The translations under genes were made by a program, and so were the position numbers. DNA of 64,000 nucleotides from Cetorhinus maximus (Eukaryota), in contig NC_135886.1 in the NCBI RefSeq assembly GCF_964194155.1, positions 73,842,001 to 73,906,000 on the forward strand. The letters run 5' to 3'. Every line of letters begins with the position of its first letter. Within the stretch, counting starts at the first letter, position 1. Below, piece after piece: positions 1 through 10,600 of the stretch. The notes beneath the pieces are model-generated. The model was given only the letters and a program-made list of their open reading frames with translations, was not told where the DNA came from and ran no database searches.

Positions 1-615
1 AACCTCATCTTCCGATTAGGCATTTTACAGCCTTTTGGACTTAACATTGAGTTCATCAACTTGAGACCATGAACTCTCTCCTCCATCTTCACCCTTTTTT
101 TCAAAATGTATTTTTAATTTTATCTCCTTATTTTTATTTATTTTTATTAATTTATTAGTTGTTTTATCCCCATTTCTATCCCCTTTTTATCCCACTTTCT
201 ATCCTTTTCCCCACCACCACCCCTTCCCCCCACCCTAGCCTCAAAGGACCATCTGTTACTTGTTCCATGTTCTTTCACAGAGTGCTTACCTTTGTTCTGC
301 TATGATCACATTCTGATTTCTTACCTTTGTACCACTATTAGCACCTTTTTAGCCCTTACCACTACCATTAATGATCCCTTTGTCTTTTTGTTCATGACAT
401 CTTTGTCAATCTCTCCTTTGCCCCCACCTATCACTGGTCTTCTATCCAGCTTCACCTGCTGCACCTCCTTAAACAGTATAAATTTCATCACATTTCTACT
501 TCCCTTTAGCTCTAAAGAAGGGTCATACAGACTCAAAACGTTAACTCTGTTTGTCTCTCCACAGTTGCTGTCAGACCTGGTGAGTTTTTCCAGCATTTTC
601 TGTTTTTGTTTCAGA
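1..615 (+). mobile_element. Penelope-like element 3' fragment (end of GIY-YIG ORF, 3' UTR/pLTR, degenerate hammerhead)
   Basis: 1-72 translates LIFRLGILQPFGLNIEFINLRP*, paralogous to the end of the GIY-YIG ORF at 6514-6583; 500-615 matches the tail at 6918-7025. Confidence 0.8.
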
Positions 616-857
616 AAATCCTATAGTTGCCATTAATAAGTAATATTATTATATTAATGTAGTATATATATATTATTTATATATATATATATGTAGAGAT
701 AATTAAATAATATCCATTTAAGTCATATCATTTGGAACTGTTTTCCTCTCCCTCTACTTTATGTAACACATGCCTCCCTTCCCCTTCCCTTGTTGGGTTG
801 CTGTCCCTTTAAATGTGTAACTTTTCATTCCCACCATAGTCTCGCCCCTCTCTCCCC

Positions 858-1003
858 ATTGGTCCGACGCGTTCCATTTTGAAAAAGGCTCCTCCCTTAG
901 CAACTGCGAATTAGCAACGCATCCTGGCGGCGTGCTGATTGGTCAGCCCCTGACAGCCTGGAGCCAATAGTGGAGAGCTGGTGCCCATGCCGCACATTTC
1001 AAA
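858..1003 (+). promoter_or_regulatory. CCNB3 promoter with CCAAT boxes and CHR elements
   Basis: ATTGG 858-862 and 938-942, CCAAT 964-968, CHR TTTGAA 878-883 and inverted TTCAAA 998-1003, TTAGCAAC twice (897-904, 911-918), local CpG enrichment upstream of the first coding exon. Confidence 0.65.
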
Positions 1004-1585
1004 AAAAGGTTAGTGAGCTTGAAGCTGTGTGTGTATGTGAGCTGGGAGCCTGGCGCTTGGATACTGTCACTGATAAGTTGTCTTCACCCTGGGTACAGCA
1101 CATTGTAAAGCCGCGCTGTTCTATCGTTATAGGAGGCTTCGCCCTGAAGTCTCTGGATTCAAGCGCCCTGTTGTTCCAACCTTGTGTTTTCAATCAGTGT
1201 CGCTTCCACGAAGTTCGAGATTCAGCAGAGGTTTGTGAATCGTTTTAACCCCTTTCGTTCTGTTTGGCTCCATTAGCAATGATGCATTTGTTGCAAATCT
1301 CTAACTGCATGTGGATGTGCTCTGTCCCCCCCCCCATTTCCACTTTGAGCACTTGGGGAGGGCGAATCAGTGAATCTCAACAGGAGAGAGGGACACACCT
1401 GGACATCTGCCAAATGAGTGTCGCTTTGTTTTCTTTTGTGCTTCGGCAAATAGCGCTTCCGATCTTCTGCTCCAAATAATCAATGTGTTTACCTTTCTGT
1501 TTCCCATTAGTGCCTCTGATCCGGGTTCTTCCCTCCCCCTTCTTTCCCCTGTTCCCCTTCTCCTCTGTAAAGGCTTGTCCAAGAA

Positions 1586-1657
1586 ATGCCGCAAGCCTCA
1601 GAAAATAAAATCCTTCAACATGGATTATTCGGAAAGGAGCCTTCTATAATAGAGACG
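1586..1657 (+). CDS. CCNB3: cyclin B3 first coding exon (MPQASENK...SIIET)
   Basis: Long pyrimidine tract with AG at 1571-1572, ATG at 1586, donor ACG|gtaagg, phase 0 joins the D-box exon. Confidence 0.7.
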
Positions 1658-4600
1658 GTAAGGACAGAGACCTACTTGTAAAGGTAGAAGTGAAACCATT
1701 TGTGTGAATGGCAACGTTAGATTAATGTAGAATTGTTAAACAGAAGTTTAAAAACCTTCAGAAATATTTTCCAGATTGATGCAGTGGTTTAATATTGGTG
1801 TAAATTCTAATGGGACGTGGTGCATTGGATATATGTTTATGGTAATTAAGCAAGGAAATCCAAATGGAAAGATTCGGTGTAATATTGTTGCAGTCATCAT
1901 AATGTGATACAAAACGCACATCAATTTATTACACTTAACTATTGTCTTTTGGAGATGTTTTCGGTAGGGGGAATGTGGGTTTTAAACGGAAGGAAATCAG
2001 TCATGTCGGATATGTTTACATTTGAAAGTCTGCACTTGATTTGATGACCTAACTGAATTTTGGGTAACAAAAATAGAATGCTGCAAATGCTGGAAATATG
2101 AAATAAAAACAGGAAACGCTGGAAAAGCTCAGGAGGCCAGGCAGCAATCACAGGGAACCAAAATTAACGTTTCAGATTGGTTGTTCTAATGAACTGTCAT
2201 CGACCTGAAACGTTAACTTTGTTTCTCTTTCAGCCGATGCTGAAATGTTGAATATTTCCAGCATTTCCTGTTTATTTTGAATCTTGGAAATCTCAGTATG
2301 AACCTGAGGAAACGGGTTGCTGTGGACTGCGTGAATGTCAATGCAACGCCGTATATTTAAAGTAGCAATGCTTTCAAACACTTAATCTAGGTTGTCCTGT
2401 ATCTAAAAGTGAGACTTGAATGTATGAGATATCAATTGCATCTCGACTACTATACTTCAGAGTTGACATTGAGTTAGAGATAGTTATGAAAGTTTTTGAT
2501 TATTAACTGCTGATCATTGTAAAATCTACAATAAATGCCTGAAGTATTTTAATGCCTTTAATTGCTGTAGCACAACAGCTGTTGCACAGCCCAAACACCT
2601 GTTTCCATGCATAATTGGTTCCAAATATGATGTCTATTTACAAGATTATATCCTTATTTTAAATGCAGACCTTATTGACTTTTGCTGAACTATCAAAGCT
2701 GGTGCATTTAATGCAATCACATTATTTTTCAAATTCTAGATGTTTATATTTTTCTTCCTCAAATTGATGGAATATACCTGGGCACTAGAGTCATGCAGCA
2801 AAAAAACCTGCAGGACTGTGCTACCTTAATATGTTTAATAATACTGATAACATGGAGATGTTTTCCCTCTTGGTATTGTTAAATTACTGTCTTCCAGGCA
2901 TCGGCGTTAGTCTTTCATGTTTCCAACATGTTGGAAAAAATTACTTTTTATAAATTCCCAAGAAAAGAAGAAAATGTTATCCAAGATTGCAGCGCATCGT
3001 GGCTTTTACTGTGGCCATTGCCTTCCGTGCTGCTTTACGGGACATGAGACATTATGCTGTTGTGTTTAATATATTGACACCTCTGACTGCACCAGGAATG
3101 ACTGACTTCACTGTAAGGACTGTTTAGTAAATTGGATCAGCTGGCACAGCCTGCACTTGTAGTCTTTGCACAGATTTATGGAACCTTACTGTGCTGCACT
3201 GAAGAAGTGAGAATAGGTTGCAAATATTGTTCTTGAGGGTAAGTTTGATGCTGACCAATATAGAGAAATAAACAACAAAACCGTTATGACCTCCACAATA
3301 TGCTTGCATTTAGATTGAGTCACTGTCAGAACTATGCTCCAGTATTCTTCAACATGAACAATCTACTCTCGAAGGTGTCAATGTTGATATTGACCTTCTG
3401 GACAAAAGGCATTTGGCATTATTGTTAGGCCCTTAATTTTAAGTGCAAGGAGGTTGCTATTAATTATTTTACAAAACACCTACTTCTATCTTTTTGATGA
3501 TTACAGGGTTTTAGAATGTCTTTAACACCATGGTTCTGAAGGGGAAACCTAGTTCAACTGGAGCTTAGCATTTGTTATTAGTCCTCTACAGGCCATTTCA
3601 ACTTGGTTTTGGGAAAGGACCTGGTCCCCCTGAGGAGTATTTTAAAGTCTAATTCAGTTTTAGCCTTGCAATCCTGTGATCACAAACAAGTCCTTCACAA
3701 ATTAATGTACCCTCTTCTTGAACCATGTAGTTTGTGATCTAAAATCTGTAATGTAAGATTATCTTGAGTTTGTCTTCATTAGTTTCTTGCAGCAGCTATC
3801 AAACAACCCTTTGGGTATAGGGTATTCATTTAATTTTAGATTCCTACCCAAGGCTGTTACTTGTATTTGTTGGGTTACTCATGAATACTATTAGTGGAAG
3901 TCTAGATTCATGTTGTTTACTCGCCCTCTCTGCCACAGAGGTGACGGGGTTGTTGGGGAGGGAATTTTTAAAAAATTTGAATGTGATAACATGAGAAACC
4001 CATCAGTACTAAAGCTCCTTTATCCAGCGCAGTGTGTCTCTTGGGATTTCAGTTTTAATGACCAATGCTGTAGTTTCAAATACATAATTCCTCCTTTATC
4101 TCCATTCAGGATGATGGTCTTCATATCAAACGTTCTCCTTCTTCACCCCAAGGTGGTCCCAAGAAGAGATCAGCTTTTGAAGATCTCACAAATGTAAGTT
4201 CTGTGACTGGTTTCTTATATACAAGTAAGACTATTCCTCTGTCAAAAACAAATGGGTTCTGTACCATTTTAGTTTTTTAAAGTTTGGATTATGGATATTT
4301 CTGTTTTATTAATATCTTTTTCCTTGCCCCACTTCAATTCTAATAGGCTAAGCAAGGTCAGGATCCAGTCTCAAAGAAAAAAGGTGGGAAGCTGGTGGGT
4401 AAGAAAACTCAGAAAAGTACTGTCGGACAAGAAACATCCAAAAACAATGAGAATAATATCAAAAGGTGACCACCCTACTCCTGATTGTTCAATGTCATGA
4501 GTATCTGAGCATATATCAATGTTTTCATTTATATAGAACTATGAAAATTCTTAAAAATATTTTGCCCAATAAGTTGCTTCATAATTCCAGTGACTGAGGC

Positions 4601-7600
4601 AAATGTGGTAGGAACATCCCTCAAACAAAAATGAGATATAGGAGTAGTTATTTTGTTTCTTGTTGGTGATTGAGGGAAGAATATTCAGCTGGGAGAATTT
4701 CGTGCTCCTCTCTGATGCCAGGTGTTCCCTTAATTGTTACACCATAACAGTCAGTTGGGAACTTTCTTTAATATCTTACCTTAAACACATCCCCCTGCAA
4801 CGTATTGTCAGATTACATTATGAACTGACATCTTGCTGAAGTTTAAATCTGCAGTCTTCTGATCTGGAGGTGAGTGTTACCAAGCTAAATTATAAGCAAC
4901 TTTATTTTGTTTCCATCCCTTGGGCCTTCCATAACTCCTATAATATGTTTTGACTGAGTGATGGCTGTTTCCTAGCTTCTCCTAACATGCTCTGAAATGG
5001 AGTGGCTGACATGTGACTAATGATGGCCCAGGGGAAGTGCTTTGCATCTGCATATTACCCTCCAAAGGTTGGACAGCCTCCAATATGTCCCTGAACCAAC
5101 CTGTAAATTGTGTTGGTATAATAAAACAATGCAGTCACTGACTTCTGTAAGACTGAAAAAATGCAATACTCTTCGCTCTCCATGATTTACAAAGGAGTCT
5201 GAGGCATTTTCTCAAATGGATTTATCACTTGTATCATTATTGTTTACAACAACTTGTATTTGTATGGTGCCTTTTAATGTAATAAAATTCCCCAAGACAC
5301 TTCAAAGGAGCATTGAAGAACAAAGTATGGCACCAAACCACAAAAGGAGATATTAGCTCAGTTGACCAAAAGATTGGCTAAAGAGGTAGGTTTCAAAGAG
5401 TGTCTTAAAGGAGGATACCACAGTCTGCACCTGTGACTTCAACACTGTTTAATTGCATCCTATGGTTATAGATCTCAAATGTCAAAAAAACATAATTATA
5501 ATAATGGACAGTGGGACACTATCTTTCTTGCATTTTTTGTATCTAATTTCACATGCATAGTACCCATCTTTAACATAACTATATACCTCACATTTGGCAT
5601 TAGCATTTTCCTGTGGTGTTGGTATTGGTGTTCGTCTGTGCTCTTATTGGTTTGGAGTCCTCTAAATTTTGTTTATTGTCCATTTGATATGCATACATTA
5701 ATGCATTTGGCCTGTGTGAACATTTATCTTTTCCTGCAATGTATATATCATTCCCCTGTAAATTGCATCAATTCTTATTCATTTGCACTGCATGAAATTT
5801 GATAACTAAGAATAGCATACAAAATTATCCTGTTTTATTGATTATTCAGTTGGGTAACTGGCAAATTTTGTCTCCCAGCCGTGTAAAATGTGTTATAGTT
5901 TATTTTTATTATTGTGATTGAATCAGTGATTAATGGGGGAGGGGTGGGTAGACTTATCAGGATTCTGCTGGAATTGAGGTCTTGCAAGAAATTGTTCTTG
6001 GATGCCTTTAAGGTATTGAAATCGTCTTCAGGAATGCTCCTGAACTGACTGACCTTTAATTATCAACCAGACAATGAATGTTGCCAAATGGAGTAAAAGA
6101 ATCCCTTCCTCCTTTCCCATTTCTCCCTTCAGTACAGGACCCAAAGCTTCCCAGGAGCAACAGGATAATACAGTAGAGCAAAAGAAGCCTAAGCTGCCTG
6201 TGCCACCTGTGGAAAAAGCAGCTGATGTAGATAATTCAACAGACATAAAGGTAAGGAAGCAGCATTTCACTTGCATTTCCCCTAACTTAGTCTACTGCAT
6301 TCGTCGCTCCCAATGCGGTCTCCTCTACATTGGAGAGACCAAACGCAAACTGGGTGACCGCTTTGCAGAACACCTGCGGTCTGTCCACAAGAAAGACCCA
6401 AACCTCCCTGTCGCTTGCCATTTTAACACTCCACCCTGTTCTCTTGCCCACATGTCTGTCCTTGGCTTGCTGCATTGTTCCAGCGAAGCCCAACGCAAAC
6501 TGGAGGAACAGCACCTCACCTTCCGACTAGGCACTTTACAGCCTTCCGGGCTGAATATTGAATTCAACAACTTTAGATCTTAAACTCCCCCTTTTTTTTC
6601 AATAATTTATATAGATTCCTCTTTTCCCACCTATTTCCATTATTTTTAAATCTACAACGAATACTTTGTTAGTCTTTCCACCCCACCCCCACTAGAGCTG
6701 TACCTTGAGTATCCTGCCATCCATTCTTAATTAACACTTTTCTTAGATAATATCACCACCTTCAACACCTCTTTGATCCTTTTGTCTGTGACATCTTTTG
6801 ATTATCTGCTCCTATCACTGCTTGCTTATCCCCACCACCACCCCACCCTCAACTTCTCTCTCCCCCCGCCCCCCACCTTAGACCAGCTTATATTTCACCT
6901 CTCTCCTAACTATACTTCAGTTCTGCCGAAGGGTCATGAGGACTCGAAACGTCAACTGTTTTCTTCTCCACCGATGCTGCCAGACCTGCTGAGTTTTTCC
7001 AGGTAATTCTGTTTTTGTTTTGGATTTCCAGCATCCGCAGTAGCTTTTAGCTTTTTGTTTTTAAAGGTAAGGAAGCTTGGAATCTGAGTCCACTGCTACA
7101 TCTCAAAGTACTTTCTACTTAAAAATTAATTCATTATGTTGTGACTGCCCACATGGCCAGCACAACAATTATTCTGTACCAGCATCTTCTCTCAAATGAA
7201 GAATTGATAAGGCAACAATTGTAATTGAGAAAATATTGGAATTTTAAACATGACCAAGCTGGCATTGTGCATTTTTCTTTCGACATTGGATTCCTTTACG
7301 TATACTCATTAGGGTGTTGAAATTACTGTGGCAGATGCAAATGGGAGCATATGTGAATTAACTTAAAGAAAATGCTATGCACTACTTAACCCACCACCCA
7401 GTGATGTTAACAGAGAAATCCACTGGACACCAAGTTACCTGAAGCCCTAGTAGCAAAGTTGCTTTTCATTGTGTGTTTCACAATGCAGCTATATGGTTGA
7501 GAATGAGCATATAAATGCCTATAGTTTAATCTTGAGATGCTGCTTGGCTCTTGAGTTCATCTGAACCTCTTGAATAAAATTATTAATCATTTTCAGCTAA

Positions 7601-10600
7601 CCCTAATTCTTGCATACTGCCACTCAAGTGAACTGTTTGAATTCAATATTTTACTTTAAAAATGATATACCATTGAATTGCAGAATAGTTCAAGTTTCTT
7701 TCACTGAAAGTGAATGTGCCCATTCTGTTAACCTAATGAAAGGAAGTGCACTGTCAGAAGTGTGTCTGCAATGCCAACAACCGGTGTTGTTGAGACTTTA
7801 AACTCTTTTTGGGTACCATGTTATACTTTGCGCTTTGACTCAAGGAAAATTCTGATTGGCAAAGATGAGCTTTCTTGGATGAGTGCAACTCCAATAACAC
7901 TTGAAGCCGGACACCATTCAGGACAAAACAGCCTGTTTGGCACTCCATCCACCATCTTTAAACATTAATTTCCTCCACCACCGTTGCATAATGGTGGCGG
8001 TGTGTACCATATACAAGATGTAGCAGAAACTTGTCAACCCTCCTTAGACAGCTTTCAAACCTGTGACCTAGAAGGACAAGGGCAACTAGGGATGGGCAAT
8101 AAATGCTAGCAGAGCCCACACCCTGTAAATGAATATTTTTTAAAAAACAATGGGAACACCATCACCTGCAAGTGTCCCTCCAAGCCACATACCATTCTGA
8201 CTCGGGACTATATTACTGTTCCTTCACTGTCACAAAAACCTGGAACTCCCTCCCTAACAGCACACTGTGAGTGTACCTACACCCTGTGGACCTCAGCAGG
8301 TTAAGAAGGCAGCTCACCATCACCTTCTCAAAGGCAATTAGGGATGGGTAACAAATGCTGGCCTAACCAGTGAAGCCCACATCCCATGAAAGAATGAAAA
8401 TTGCTGGGTTTTCAGGCAGTAGTCCCTCTTTTCCACTGCATGCCAAAAATTCAAAATGGTCCATAGCCAATTTGGAGAAAGTTTGTGGTTGTGGGATTTT
8501 TTTTTCCGATCATTTTTCACAAAGTGAATTTAGAAGAAAAAACACTATCCTTGAAAAGAATTCTAAAGCAAAATATGTGCATTCTAAATTTTTTTAAAAG
8601 GCACTGAGATGAAAGATGCTTGACAGGGTTGTCCGATGTGGTACCTCTGTGTTATGAACATGGAGATTAAAAATAGACACAAGCAACTGGGTAAATTTGG
8701 CCAACAGCTTTGCCAAGTCCTGAGGAGAATGCAGCAGGGTAGTTATTTTATTTGAAGTCCAGCAAGGTGACCAACTGATTAGGGAAGTGTATTGTTGAGT
8801 CAGTTTGCTATCTATCAAATTAGCAGATACCCTCATGTAACTATTTTGTAACAAACCAGCCCTAGATTCATCAGATTCCCTGCACTCTTTGGCAACTGTT
8901 GTGGGATACTCCTTGCTAGGTAATGAGTACTGGCTTCTCTATAATATTCTGATAGAGTCGAACTGAAACTTATAAAAGTGTAAGAACAGAATTGTAATAA
9001 ATATCACTGCGATTTGTAAAAGGAGAACAATTAATTAGAAATTCTATGGCTTGTAGTTGTCCGTCTATGATGAAGTTGACGAAGAGAATTTGAATGACCC
9101 ATTCCTGAATGCAATCTATGCATATGATATATTCAGCTACATGAAGGAGAGGGAGGTAAGCAATCTATTACTTTTGGAACCTTCCTGCTTGCTTCCAAAG
9201 AGCAGCATTGATCATGTATGTTTTGAAACAAGATTGTTGGGATTGCTGGATTTTGCAGGTGGTCTGTGTTTAATTCTCCACACTTTTATCACCCCTCACT
9301 TTTATACCCAGTGCACTGCATTTGCAATCTAACATTGAAGAGCTATTTTGAATCCAGGTGTAAATGGTAAAAGCATTCTACAGAAGCTCACAAATGCACT
9401 GATGCCACTCGCAGGTTTGTTATCTTGCAAATGAATTTTCTTCATAGAATAGATAATTGCTTTGTTTTTGACCTTCAAAAACAGTTGGATTAATATCTGG
9501 CTTGTAATGAAATTGTAGAGCTAATGTAAGTTTTCAGACTGGACAGTGACTGTTTCTGTGATAGAAAAATTGTAATCCTGAATATAGAAAATGTGAGAAT
9601 TAATTGATACTCTGTTACTTTGATTATTTCGCAGCACTTTATCTTGGCCATTTAGATGGATTCCATTGTACAATTCATTCCATCACAGACTGTTTGTTTG
9701 GTTAAGTGGGGGGGCTTGAGGGGCCAAATGGTCTTAACTTTGTACTTTTGTGTGTATTCAGCTGCAAATACAACTCAAGTGCAAAATCCATTTTTTGTAT
9801 TGATAACTGAGTTGAAAGGTAGAAACTGGGAACAATTGGAAGCTAAAATTTTCTGATGTGCTTATGTAGGTTTTGTCTGGGCTTTGACTGTTGGATTTGT
9901 AACAAATTAATGTTTAGATACATCCTGATCCACTCCATAACCATGTGATTCTTGGGTCTGACAGGAGAAATTTGTTCTGAAAGGCTATATGCAAAAGCAG
10001 CCTGACCTGAACATCGAGATGAGGGCAATCTTGGTAGACTGGATGGTCGAGGTACAAGTAAGTGCAGTATTCACCTTGAGCTTTGAACTGCTTTTTTTTA
10101 TCAGTTGGTTGCTTTGAAATACGTTGGCTTGTTTTCATTTTTGGTTCTATCCTCCACCCAAGTGGATATTGTACTATGTGCTATTCATGGCCAAGAGGGC
10201 TGCCAGATTTGTAACCATAACTTCTCAAGACTATGTGCAGTGGAGTATTGAGGGAAATCTGAGTGACTCCAGTTCTTTATCTTTCTCTCTTCTTTCCCCA
10301 AGTCTTCTGCCTCTTTCCTATCCCCTCACCAACATCCCAACTTCATCAGCTTGGAGGTGTGAATTGTTTCTCCTCCCTTTTAGAGCTTTCCTTGTGGAAG
10401 GACTGAGGTTGGAAGTTCAGTATGTTGTGGAAGGACTGAGGTTCAGGTGCTCTGACAGCTTTTTCTTTGGATTGATTTAATTTGGATACTTCATAAGGGT
10501 GAATCCAAAGGATTAAATTGATGGTAGAAATTGTACTATTAGCTTTTTTCGTGAAACATGATAAACTCAGCATTTTCATTGTGTGGTGCCTGGAAGTACA

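Noticed and set aside
510-548. Hammerhead motif in the first PLE copy
   Set aside because: Core degenerate (CTAAAGA, and CAAAAC instead of CGAAAC); not called as a functional ribozyme
292-636. 114-aa ORF and its antisense partner
   Set aside because: Falls in the PLE 3' non-coding region with no recognisable domain
635-720. AT-rich (TA)n tract; also (GA)n near 40940 and (CA)n near 50600
   Set aside because: Ordinary microsatellites or low-complexity sequence
6074-6583. 169-aa ORF as a standalone gene
   Set aside because: It is a composite of intron, CCNB3 exon and PLE sequence; the ATG at 6074 lies in the intron upstream of the pyrimidine tract
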